From positions 1,492,492 through 1,556,491 of the forward strand of contig CAJINV010000012.1 of NCBI GenBank assembly GCA_905178155.1: a stretch of 64,000 nucleotides of DNA. Reading direction: 5' to 3'. Source of the DNA: Amoebophrya sp. A120. Lineage: Eukaryota; Protista; Dinoflagellata. Each line of letters opens with the position of its first letter. The stretch's first letter is position 1. The position numbers were made by a program, and so were the translations under genes. Of the stretch, positions 26,068 to 37,331 are shown one piece after another. The notes beneath the pieces were generated by a model. The model did not search any database and was not told the origin of the DNA. It worked only from the letters and a program-made list of their open reading frames with translations.

Positions 26068-27156
26068 ATGGCATTCTCCAAGCCGATTGCCCCGTGGTCG
26101 TCCCGGCTAGAAGAAGAACGAAAAGCCCGGGAAAAAAACTACATGGAGGATCATGATTTCTGGACTGCCCCTTCCTTCTCCTTTTTCAACGAAATGGTAG
26201 AGCAAACGAGCAGAACACTCTCCGGTTATTTGCTTGTGGAAGAGAATGCCGTAGGTTCATTTCCCAGCAGTGTCTCCACGCGGGTGACCTCCTCAAGAAG
26301 ACCAAGAGGGGCAGTAGTGCGAGGAGAAGCAACATCTTCCGCGAAAAAGGCGCAGCGGAATGAAAATCTGATTCAGACCACGGTGCAGCGGAATGACCTA
26401 GGGAACGGCAGGTCTTGTAATCAAGCGACATCTACTTCGAAGGAGTTTAGTAGAAGCAACCGGATCAATCTAACCGTGCCAAGAAGAACGATAACCACTT
26501 CTACTTCATCAGTGTCTGCTGCTGGTGCGCAAGAAGAGGATTTGACCACACACCGGCGAAGATTCGAGGAGTTGACAACTGTCAAGAAGGGTAGTTGTGA
26601 TTTGTCCTTGCCCATGACCAAACCAGCAAGCGAATTTTTAGTCCACAGCCAGAACAACAAGCTGCTGTGCGCGCACGAGACGAAGAGGAGTGCACCAGTG
26701 CTGCCAGTTCCACGACTGATAGGACGCGAGGAAAATGGTAGAACAAGCACAGCGGATGGACAATTTCTAGAAGAGCATGCGTCATCAACTTCGACCAGCA
26801 CCCCTCCAACAAGTTGTCCGTCCAGTCCAATGTCGTGCAGAAGCACTAGTTCCACCAGCACAACTTCCTGCGGCTCTAAAACTTCCTCCCCCTCCTCGTC
26901 CTTCAGTAAGAAACAGTTCTACCAAGCGGAGAGACACGTGAAGAAGACCGCGAAATTTTTGGCAAAGTGCGATCCGTATTGGCGACATGTGGCGGAGACG
27001 CTGATGTTGAATGTCACGGTGGCAAAAGCGGCAACGGTAATATCGATTGAACTCTATTTTGATGAAGACGTGTCGATTGTTTGGTTCCATTTTCATAAGT
27101 TTCTTTCCTTGTGCAAAAAGAAGAACTGTATACTTACACTGGAAAACTGGCAGTGA
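26068..27156 (+). CDS. Hypothetical Ser/Thr-rich protein
   Basis: 362-aa ATG-initiated ORF, no recognised domain; 3' end may be spliced. Confidence 0.4.
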   Translation: MAFSKPIAPWSSRLEEERKAREKNYMEDHDFWTAPSFSFFNEMVEQTSRTLSGYLLVEENAVGSFPSSVSTRVTSSRRPRGAVVRGEATSSAKKAQRNENLIQTTVQRNDLGNGRSCNQATSTSKEFSRSNRINLTVPRRTITTSTSSVSAAGAQEEDLTTHRRRFEELTTVKKGSCDLSLPMTKPASEFLVHSQNNKLLCAHETKRSAPVLPVPRLIGREENGRTSTADGQFLEEHASSTSTSTPPTSCPSSPMSCRSTSSTSTTSCGSKTSSPSSSFSKKQFYQAERHVKKTAKFLAKCDPYWRHVAETLMLNVTVAKAATVISIELYFDEDVSIVWFHFHKFLSLCKKKNCILTLENWQ

Positions 27157-27271
27157 GATGAAAATGATATCATGTACTGTACCAATACCTCCCAGGCCCT
27201 CGGTTTTTTCACCACAACCTTCGGCTCTTCCGCGGCGCTCTTTCCCCTAGCCCTGGCTTCTGGCACCGCGA

Positions 27272-27552
27272 TATCCTGAGTAAAAACGTCACCACACCAG
27301 AGTTGTCATGCAGATTTGCAATCACAGGAACATTTGTAATGCGCATCGCCAGGAGGACCTTTTTAGTCGTGTTTTGAAATTTGTAATGCTGTAAACAGGA
27401 TGAGCAGATGCTGGATTTCTGATGCAGCTGGCCTTGCGAACCTGCACTACACTACGGACTGCAGCTTGTGATGCGTGACCCCCCAAAGTTCTAGGTTTGT
27501 GTTGCAAAGTCCCCATCTTGACTCTGGTGTGGGGATGTTTTTACTCAGGATA
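27272..27552. mobile_element. Introner family B at the rhomboid start codon
   Basis: TATCCTGAGTAAAAACGTC...GATGTTTTTACTCAGGATA; DR CGCGA, whose last A begins the candidate ATG. Confidence 0.9.
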
Positions 27553-27556
27553 CGCG

Positions 27557-29959
27557 ATGGTCCCAGCGCCGCCGCCCTCGAAAATCCAGTATAACATATC
27601 GAATGCAAATATGTCTGGGTGTGGAAAGTTGTAATGCCAAAAATGAATGAGAGTCGCACTGCTACTGCAGTACGCAGCCAAGCATGACAATTTTTTGGGG
27701 TGCTGTGTGTTTCGTACTCCGCATGGCAAGCCGCGTTTTTGCATGACGGGTAGGGGCGGGACCTTTTCGTGCCCCTGCATCACAGAGTCTCAAGCCATGT
27801 CAGACATGCATTACAAATCTACAAATCTTCCAGACCCGCCATACATATTTGCGATGCATATAACAACCGGCAGATCAAAACCATCCCCGGCCCGGGGAGC
27901 ACCGGGTCGCAGGCGCTGACGCACCCGACGACCGGGCAGCCGTTGCCAAAGGAAGAGGACCAGTTTATGGAATTGATCTTCCCGGGCTTCGACTCTGACA
28001 CCTTCATCTGGAATGTGACGCTGGCGCAAGTGGCGGCCTTCGGCTTTACCATGTTCATCGGCCACCAGAAAGCAAACCCGACGCCCTGTGCACTGTACTT
28101 TTTTTGATACAACGCTATTTCGTTCTTCATTCTGTGATTCGGATGATCGCGGTTTTCTTTTTCAAGGTGGTGTTTTGTCATGGGAACTACGCCATGCAAC
28201 CGCTCTTGCAAGATGAAAAAATCATCCTCACAAGAAGAAGAAACACAAAGAGCCATCTAATATGCGAATGCAAACACATCACCAAATAATTCTTCATAAA
28301 ACCACCAGGTACATGCTCGGCGCTTCCTGGGGCCCCGCGCTGGCCCGGGGGCAGGTTTGGCGGTTACTGTGCCCGATGATGCTGCATGCGAACATGATGC
28401 ACTTGTTTTTCATATCGTCAGAAAAAACGTGCCCCCCACCCCAGAGTTGTGATGCAAATGTGCAACGACAGGAATCGATTTATAATGCGCAGCTCCATGA
28501 GATGCGTTTCCAGTTGCGTTTTGGAATTTGTAATGCTGTAAACTACGGGATGAGAAAGTGGCTTTCTCATGCTTCTTCCCTTGCCAACCAGCACTACACT
28601 GCAGAGGAAAACTTGTCATGCGCAGCTCCCAAAACTTGGACGGAGATTTGTGTTGCTAGATCCCCAACTTGAAGACTATGGGGTGGGGACGTTTTTGTTT
28701 AGGATACTTCAACGTGTTCTTCCAGTTAAGAATTGGGTTTGGCATGGAGCTATCAACTGCAAATATTTCTGGGTCTGAAACGCTGGAACTTGTAATGCTA
28801 ATTCTGGATAGTGCAAAAATGAAAAATCTGTGTTTCGTGATTACCAAAAGCTGCCCACTTTTGACCAAGTTGAGAGGCAGTTTCTCATGCAGGCGAGGCA
28901 TGATAGAGGTCGTGCAGAATCTGTCATGCTAGATCATATATGACAGACCTCATGCGTCATAGAAAACATGCATGACAAGTCTTGCGACAGTCGAGACCCA
29001 GACATATTTGCATTTGATAGGAGCGACAGTTCGGAAAATCGAAGATGCGGTCCCTGTACGTTATGTGCGGAGTGATCGGGAACCTGATCTCGGTCATGCT
29101 CGATCCGTTCAAATTAGCTGTTGGGGCGTCCACGGCGGGGTTTGGGTATAGTTTGTCCTGTTCTTGTAGCAACATTTGTATTGCGGTTTTGCTACGACGA
29201 TACGTCTTTGTCATGCACGATCACGAACAAAAATCAAAAACAAATCAAAACAGGCTTATCGGCGTGTGGATTGCGGAAATCGTGATGTCGTGGGAGCTAT
29301 GGATTGCAAACATGTCCGGGTCTCTTGGAAGGATGCCAGGTTTGTCATGCTTGTGTAGTATGACAGAAGAGTTTGTGATGCGTGTCCAAGAACAGACTCT
29401 TTTGCTTGTCATGCAAAAACGCAGTTCGTCATGCGGAAAACGCAACGCGAAACCGCGCAACTATTTCTCATGCTTGGCCTTGCATTTTTACAGAGCATTC
29501 ACTATTGACGATTCAGCATTACAAGCTTCCAGATCCAGACCCACACATATTTGCATTTGATAGGAGCTGCTCGGGCAGAACCGGGATCGCACGCTGATCT
29601 GGATTCTGTTCATGCTGGTGTCTGTCACCACTATGTCGGGGATGACGCCGAACATGGATCTCTACGGCCATTTCGGCGGCGCTTTGGGTGGTTTTCTCAT
29701 GGCCTTGGTGATGGCGGACATGAAACCGGAGCACCGCCCCCCGTGGTACAACCTGCTCAAGAAGCTCGGGTTCGTCGGGCTGGCGTCGATTTTCGGGGTG
29801 GGCTTGTGGAAAGTCGGCTTTCACACGCCGCTGACCCCCATCCCGGACTGCCCATGGTTCTCCGACTGGCTGTCCGGCGCGAGCCACCTCGGGTTCGGGA
29901 ATGTTCTGCCGAACATCGGGAACCTGTTCTCCAGGGGGGCGAGCTCGATCGTGATTTGA
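27557..29959 (+). CDS. Rhomboid intramembrane serine protease (apicomplexan ROM1-like), multi-exon
   Basis: Reconstructed: LGASWGPALARGQVWRLLCPMMLHANMMHLFFNVFFQLRIGFGMERQFG...AVGASTAGFG...GHFGG (catalytic GxS and His). 4 internal introners plus GT-AG introns. Start codon inferred. Confidence 0.9.
27597..27860. mobile_element. Introner family A
   Basis: Family A TIRs; DR TAACA. Confidence 0.9.
28413..28706. mobile_element. Introner family B
   Basis: Family B TIRs; DR TTTCA/CTTCA; restores HLFF|NVFF. Confidence 0.9.
28751..29019. mobile_element. Introner family A
   Basis: Family A TIRs; DR GGAGC; restores GME|RQFG. Confidence 0.92.
29298..29562. mobile_element. Introner family A
   Basis: Family A TIRs; DR GGAGC. 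Confidence 0.9.
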
Positions 29960-30431
29960 TTTTAAGGAGGGAGTTGCGATTCTAACAAGGTTGGATTTCA
30001 TGCTGTAGGGTGGACTTAAGTTGCAGTATCGCAGCAGAACTAGTAGAGACAGGAAGATCTGTACTTCCAAGAATCTCAATCTTCTGAAGAACTTTTTTGC
30101 TTTTGTTAAGAGCCTTTTCGCAGAACTTGAACTTGTTTTCGAGGCAACGCGCTTGCCGAGCAAAAATGGAATATCCACTGGTTTATTTCGTTCGAGGTCG
30201 AGCTAAGCCAAGAACAAGAACTAAACACGAAATAGGTGTTGATGCAGATTACAAAAGAACCTACAAGTACTTGTTTCTCAAACAAAATTGAAGACAAATT
30301 TACAGTATCGAGCGAACTGTTTTTGTACGAAAAGTATTGAGGTAAGTAGGCGATTGCGAAAAAAACTACTGAAAATCCTGCTTCTACTCGCGGTAGGAGT
30401 TTTTAAACCGAACAAGTTAGTACTTAAATAA

Positions 30432-31489
30432 CAGTTAAGTTTATAAGCTGGGAGAGGGGAGAGCCCGGGAGAGGCTGGGAGAGGCTGGGAGAGCTTTCGC
30501 AAATTAGAAGGAACAGCGCGACTCGTTTTGTAAATTTGCTTCAGGCTCGATGGTATGATGTCTATTTTACTGCAGTTCTTTTTATATATATGTAAGCGGT
30601 TTGGACGGCGCCCCTGTGGCGTATTTCTATTTGTGACTACTCGGCGCAGTTTTTGGGATGGCGGATGCCGCCGACAGGTGGCATCTAGGGGGCGAAAAAT
30701 TCCTGCATGCGTGTCCTCCACGCGGGCGGCCCCTGGGGCGCTGCTGTCGTTATCCATCAGGGAAAGTTGAAGCGGGCACTTCGATTTTCCTTCGATGAGG
30801 GAAAGCTGAAGTGGCCAATTCAAATTTCCTTCGATGAGGGAAGGTTGAAGTGGTCACTTCAATTTTCCTTCGATGATGGAAAGTTGAAGTGGCCACTTCG
30901 AATTTCCTTCGATGAGGGAAAGTTGACGGGGCCATTTCAAATTTCCTTCGATGAGGGAAGGTTGAAGCGGTAACGTCGATTTTCCTTCGATGAGGGAAAG
31001 GCGAAGTGGCCACTTCAAATTTCCTTCGAAGAGGGAAAGTTGAAGCGGCCATCCCAAATTTCCTTGCTTCGATGAGGGAAAGTTGAAATGGCAACTGCGA
31101 GCTTCCTTTGATGAGGGAGCGTTGAAGTGGGCACTTCGATTTTCCTTCGATGAGGGAAAGTTGAAATGGCCATTTCAAATTTCCTTCGATGGGGGGAAGT
31201 TGAAGTGGCCACTTCAAATGTCCTTCGATGAGCGGGCGCGCGGTGCTCGTTTGCCTTCGAATCGATGCAACGCCATTGGCTGCGTATGGGGTGAGTGAAT
31301 GCGCGCGCGCAGCGCGCGCGCGAAATTTTTTTTGGTTCTATGGCTCTCCCTATTAAAGTATAATAATCAACACCATACGCGGGGGATTAGATAATCCAGC
31401 GAGTTTTTTTTTTGTGACGTGTTGGCGTTGCTGATTTTCCTCTCCCAGGCTCTCCCAACCCAGGAAAAAGGGGGCTATAAACTGTGCTG
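30432..31489. mobile_element. Probable non-autonomous TIR element carrying a tandem array
   Basis: Ends CAGTTAAGTTTATA / TATAAACTGTGCTG; flanking AAATAA at 30426-30431 and 31490-31495; subterminal CTGGGAGAG repeats on the left, CTCTCCCAG on the right. Confidence 0.6.
30759..31232. repeat. 39-bp tandem repeat, ~12 units, doubly palindromic
   Basis: Unit TTTCCTTCGATGAGGGAAAGTTGAAGTGGCCACTTCAAA; TTCGA cores at 30791, 30830, 30869, 30908 ... Confidence 0.92.
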
Positions 31490-32182
31490 AAATAATACTT
31501 TTCATTTTGTCGTCTCTTCACCCGAACAGTATTAGGGCGACGAGAATCAATCTGTCAACTACGCGCAACTTTTATTCCGTGTGGCACTACTTCCGGAGTA
31601 AATTATTCTTCAGCTACTGCTATCGACGCAGCTTTTGAACTTTGAGAACTTCTTCGCTATCGACTGCACGTGTTTGGGAGAATTATGGATACTAGCGAGA
31701 GAGGCAGTGCCTTGCCCTGGCGCTGGCAAGAGTTGGTCCGTTTGCGTACTTGCGTGAGATTTCAACTGTGTTCGTGTTCTGCGTTTTGCGCTTCTTATTT
31801 CCAAGCTCCTTGCAGCTGCGGCGGGAATGGATTCCAAGTTTTTGGCGGAGTTTACATAAAGTAAAGTACTGCTACATATGCTTTTTCGTTCTTGTCGCGT
31901 CACTGGTCCGTTTCACTATGTGCAGTAGTCGTTTCTCAGCCTTTGTTTCCTTTTCTACAAGTAACCAAGTGCAGACTTCTGCTTCATACACCTTATTGCG
32001 GCCAGCAAACATCAATCCTCTGCCTGCTCCTTCGGTGGCAGATCGTTCTACAACGCCATTTAACTACAAACTAGTCGTTCTCGTTGTATAGAGAAATATA
32101 GATTTTGCGCAAGCGACGTAGTAACAAGTGCTTGTAGTACTCGGTGTTTTATTTTGTTCGCAAAGAAGTCTAGAACATCAAT

Positions 32183-34953
32183 ATGTCGGAAGATCGAGAA
32201 TATGAACTGCAAAACAAAGTATCGCACTCGTATAAATGCATTACAAATTTCCTCAGCGTGAGAAATAAGATTTGTAATGCTTCAGAAAAAAATTTGTGAT
32301 GCCAGACCTGCATTTATACGAATACGATGCTTTTGCACAGGATAGAGAAGGGAATGTGTACATGGCGAAACTGGCCGAACAGGCTGAACGCTACGATGAA
32401 ATGGCAGAGTACATGAAAAAGGTAGAATCTGTGATGCGTTACCCGCATGATGAAGATGACGGTGCAGTTTTTTTTTTTGCTTTGTAGTTTCCGCATGACA
32501 AACTGCAACTAATGGATGTGGTCCAGAAGAGGTCTCATTGAATTATGAGGTATTTCTCATTTCACGATGAAAAACAAAGGTTGCCGAGTCCGACCAGGAT
32601 CTTTCTGTTGAGGAGAGAAACCTACTTTCAGTGGCCTACAAGAACGCCGTCGGGTCTCGGAGGGCTTCCTGGCGTATCGTTTTTTTCCACAATAATTTTC
32701 GAAGAATGTATTTGCATTGGCATGACGGATGGGATCTCCGCATGACAAACATCATCAAGGATGGGTTTTCCGCATGACAAAGATCATCGCACTGTCGAGG
32801 TATCGTCTCTTCCGTCGAACAGAAGGAGGTCCAGCGAGGCTCCGCCCACGCTATCAACCGCAAATATGTCTGGGTCTGGAACGGTGGAACTTGTACTGCT
32901 GCTTTTGTACATTCCAAAAAAATCTGTATTGCCGGAGCAGCAAGAGAATTCTAGCTTTTATTACGCGGACAGGGCATGATTTCTCATGCGGGATAGGCAT
33001 CGAGAAGCACTCAGAAAATCTGTGATGCTAGGGAATATATCTATCACAGACGTCAACACGGGTCATGTAAAATCTGCATGGCAAGTTGCAACCTTCCAGA
33101 CCCTGACATATTTACAACGCATACACGCCGCGCACCCGCCAAAGTACCGAGAAAAGATCGAAACGGAATTGGATGACATTTGCGGCTATCAAATGCAAAA
33201 ATGTCTGGGTCTGGAGGATTTCTAGATTTGTCATGCATATTTTCCCTGACCATGATGTCTGTGATGCAGGCCGTAGCATCACAGATTTTTAGAGCGCTTC
33301 GTGATACCTCTACAGCATGAGAAATGCCCTCTCCGCGCAGCACAAACTGGAGTCCTCTTGCTGGTCATGCAATGCAATTTTTTTCAGAATCCAGAGACAG
33401 CATCACAAGTTCAGAATGATCCAGACCCAGACATTTTTGCATTTGATAGCGGCCAGATTTTGAGTCTCTTGGAAAAATCGCTGATTGCGCCAGAAACAGC
33501 CGCGGGAAAGGAAGAGTCGCAGGTAGATGATTTGATGTTTTTGCACTGCACCTCCTGCAGAAATAAATGCGCATGAAATGTTGATGATGAGCAATCTTTC
33601 ATTCCGACTGTGACCAAGTGAAGAACACGCAAAAAACGGCATTTTCAATGAAAACTTTCGTCAAGGTCTTCTACTACAAGATGAAGGGGGACTACCACCG
33701 CTACATATCAAATGCAAAAATGTCTGGGTCTGGAAGAGTGCAAGTTTGTCATGCTTGTCTGGCATGACTCGAGAATCTGTGTTGCACAGGCGCGAAAAGG
33801 CCCTCTGACCTGTCATGCAAGAACGCAGTTTGCCATGCGGAATACGTAAGGCATGGCAGCCAAAAAATTTGTCATGCATAGCTGCGTAGTGCAGTGCGTC
33901 TACCATCCACTTTTAGCATTACAAGTTTCAATCCAGACCCAGACATTTTTGCATTTGATATTACATCGCAGAATACAAGGCCGACGACGGGAAGACGAAA
34001 GCCGCCGAGGCGGCGCGGGAAGCCTACAAGAATGCGATGGATGTTATGGATTGCAAATATGTCGGGGTCTGTTAGATTCTAAACTTGTGATGCTGTCTCT
34101 GGATTCGAAAAAAATTTGTATTGCGTGACCAGTAAGGGGAGTACATTTTGTGCTCCGCGGAGATGGCATTTGTCATGCGGAATAGGCATGAGGAAGCGCT
34201 CTAAAAAGCTGTGATGCCAGGCCATGCATCACAGGCGTTATGGATCGTGCAGAATATGCATGACAAACTTGCATTCTTCCAGACCCAGACATTTTTGCAC
34301 TTGATAGATGTCGCCGAGAAAGGATTGCTGGTCACCCATCCGATCAGGCTCGGACTGGCGCTCAACTTCTCGGTAAAGAACATTCAGTGGGTTCTTGACT
34401 TGTTTGCTGTAGGGGTTTTTCGCATGACAAAACGGTTTTCAATATTTTGTTGCGCATGACAAATTCCAATCGGAAAAATATCAGGTCTTCTACTACGAAG
34501 TGCTGAACCAGCCGGAGGAAGCGTGCTCCATGGCGAGGAAAGCCTTCGAAGACGCCATTATATGCTTTGCAAAAAAGATCCCTGGATGTTCGGATTTGTC
34601 ATGCGAATTTTGAAGGACAGCATGCATCTGTGTTGCATATAATGCGACTGGCACTGGCCAACTTTTTTGTCATGTTGTGAAACTCAGTCTGCAACTGTCC
34701 TGCGTTTTACGAATCTGAATCTGCAAAAATAAGCCTCGCAAACTTTCTCATGCGGTCATGGGTTGCTAGTACTCTGCAAAAATGAAAGCTTTAGGACACA
34801 AGTTGCCAGACGTCCAGGGATAAAGATGTTTGCAATGCATACATTGCGGAGTTAGACAACGTTTCGGAAGAAAGCTACAAGGACTCGACCTTGATCATGC
34901 AGCTGTTGCGAGACAACCTGACCCTGTGGACCTCCGCGGATGAAGCGCAGTGA
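32183..34953 (+). CDS. 14-3-3 protein, 11 exons (6 introners + 4 GT-AG introns)
   Basis: Reconstructed: [24 protein letters not shown]...[26 protein letters not shown]...[16 protein letters not shown]...[17 protein letters not shown]...AFEDAIAELD...[21 protein letters not shown]. Confidence 0.97.
32201..32344. mobile_element. Introner family C (short)
   Basis: TATGAACTGCAAAACAAAGTATCGCACTCGTATAAATGCA...TGCATTTATACGAATACGATGCTTTTGCACAGGATA; DR GAGAA. Confidence 0.9.
32852..33123. mobile_element. Introner family A
   Basis: Family A TIRs; DR CACGC. Confidence 0.9.
33187..33448. mobile_element. Introner family A
   Basis: Perfect TIR TATCAAATGCAAAAATGTCTGGGTCTGGA; DR GCGGC. Confidence 0.95.
33706..33960. 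mobile_element. Introner family A
   Basis: Perfect TIR; DR CTACA/TTACA; restores DYHRY|IAE. Confidence 0.95.
34045..34306. mobile_element. Introner family A
   Basis: Family A TIRs; DR GATGT; interior is the reverse complement of the 33187 copy. Confidence 0.92.
34561..34841. mobile_element. Introner, variant TIR (type E)
   Basis: TATGCTTTGCAAAAAAGATCCCTGGATGT...ACGTCCAGGGATAAAGATGTTTGCAATGCATA; DR CATTA/CATTG. Confidence 0.88.
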
Positions 34954-35499
34954 AATGCGGAAATTTTTCAACAACATCAACGTCATCGGGTGTGAGAGTG
35001 GAATCCCATGATTTTCATTCGAAAGTACTAACTGGAACCTTTTCAGATAGACCAGGAGGAATGTCAAGGCTTCGCCGGTCATCTTGATGGGATCATAGGA
35101 GGATGTGGTAGGAACAGGAAGACGAGGTGTTTGTAACTAAAAATTTGCCGGAAGTGGTCACGTATAATTGACAGGAAAGAACGAATAAGTACTTAGCTCA
35201 GTCGGGATTTGAGTATTATGTGTAAATCTAAACTTGTGATTGCGAGGAACGGCAAAACTGCAGTACAACCGCAGGAGAACGAGAAGAAGAGTCTGTACTT
35301 TAGAAGGAGAAGCAGAAGCCTTCATCTTCTTTGAACAAAATTATTGATGTCTTTTTCGTAATCGCACTGGACCTCCACCGGTCGGGAGTTTTTTCAATGT
35401 GCGTATTGGCTCCGCGACGTGTTCCGTGTCGGCATTGTGTTGCTCTTCTTTTTGCCGAGCTGGATGTTTTTGATGGAACATAGCACACGCAGGCCTTTT

Positions 35500-36960
35500 C
35501 TGTTGGGCACGAGCGAGGTGGCGGCCTTGGTTATCCTGGCGGGTGGCTTTTATATTGGCAGCGGGGCGGCCGAGGTTTGGCTTCTTGAAAAGCCAGCGCG
35601 CGGCGCCGCAAATGAAGGCGCTGCGGCTTTGGACATGCAGGCGCGCGCGCCCCCGGCCCGGCGTCGCCAACATTCCCCCGCCGGATGGGAAGCGGCCCTG
35701 CATGTTTTGGAGGCCTTGAAGACCCCTCGCGCCAACTACATGGAGACGGGAGCCGGGCAGGCCCGCGCAAGAGGGCGGACGCAGCAGCGACCGGAGCTGG
35801 GGGCGGCGCGGGTTGTTTTGCTCGACCGCTTGCCCGGCATAGTCAGTGGAGCGGGCCGCACGAATGGGGCCAGGATTTTGCCGCGCTGGGCCTTGGGTGG
35901 TTGCGAGCCGGGGCCCCCCCGCCGGGGGGCAGAAGCCCGGGGGCGCCCGGGAATGATTGGGGGCGCCAGCCCACACCCTTCGCAGCGGGCGCGCCCAGTC
36001 TGCCGACGGGCCACGCAGCGCAGGCGAAGCGGCCGCGACCGCATTGGGCGCGCGGCAGGGAGGTAAGGGCCCGGGCACCCTTCCTCGGCGCCGGCCGGGG
36101 GGTTCGGAATGAATAAAACAGCCAAAGGCGAAGGGCCGCGCCGCGCGCGCCCCTCGGGGCCCGCAGGCGGGGCGAGGTAGCTGCCCCCGCGGGTTCGCCG
36201 GGCCAAGCGCGGCCGGCCGGGCGGCCGAGCGAGGGGGGGCCCGGGCGCTCACTCTGGTGCGCGCCGCGGGCGGTCCCCCAGAAAGCGCGGCGCCTTTGGC
36301 CGCCTCCAGTGTGCTCCCTACCTTGCCTCCCCCCGGGGCAGGGCAGAGGGGGCCGCGTGGCTACGCATGAAATGCACGGCGCCGGCTGCGTGCAAAAGCG
36401 TCGCCACTGGCGGAGCTTTACAAGCGCAAGGACGCAATCACTCAGCACAACAAGGAGCAGCGCAAGGCCACCAAACGGACCTGAAGCAGCGCGCGCAAAG
36501 CCGGCAAGGGGCCCGCGGTATTTTCTAGCCGCCCGCGCGGCCGCGGCGCCTCCTGCGCCGCCAAGCCCCCGGGCCGCCCCACGCGAGCTTCCGGCGGGCG
36601 GTCCCCCGATCCTCTCCCGGCATCCGGGACTGGCGCCCGGAAGGGGGGGGCGCCTTTCGTCTTTGCATTGATGGCCTGGCCGCCCGCGGCGCCCCCCTGC
36701 GCCTCTCTATGGTGGGCGGCGCGGCGCGCGCCAATGGGGGGCGGGTTCCCAGCGGGCCGGCGGTCGCTACTTGGTTGCATTACCGCCCGGCACAACTGAC
36801 CTGCGGCGCCGGTTCCGTGTAGTGAAAGTTCGCCGGCTCCCCGGCGTCTTCTCCACCCATGGGAACTGGGCGCGCATCCGCCCCGCGCCGCCCGGTTTTG
36901 GAGTCTGACTGGTTTGCCGGGCAAGGCGGCAATGTTTCGCAGCGCCGCCCGGTCTGGTGT
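35500..36960. other. Very GC-rich intergenic block, probable non-autonomous mobile element (ends not defined)
   Basis: Abrupt compositional shift; only Ala/Gly/Pro/Arg low-complexity ORFs; texture like the interior of the 9213-9841 element. Confidence 0.4.
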
Positions 36961-37331
36961 CATGATTGATCCTTTGTTGAGAAATAAGAGAAGAGTTGCG
37001 GCGCATGGCTTCGTATAGTTGCGGCCCCGGTCAGTTTTGTGCCCCGCTGTGTTCATTCATTTCAATTATTCCTTCGCCCCGTTATTTGAGTTTTTGTTTT
37101 GGTGCCACGCCAGCAACCGTTGGAAGGAACGAATGCGAGCGGGGTGGCCTTTTTAAATTTACTTACTCGATTCCGGAGGAATCTATCATAGACACGCATT
37201 TTCGCACTCCACGCTAAGAGTTTTCGTTCTGAGTCAGCCGCTACCTATCCCGAACAGGCTTGTGCATGTTGCTCGAATCATGCCCATATCGGCCACACCG
37301 CTCAACCCAAAAGTAGGCCCAGAGCGTGATC

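Noticed and set aside
30759-31232. CRISPR array
   Set aside because: The 'spacers' are variants of one palindrome with a fixed 39-bp period; no cas genes; eukaryotic context
35341-37056. Overlapping 200-300 aa ORFs as genes
   Set aside because: Low-complexity products on both strands, as expected from stop-codon scarcity at extreme GC
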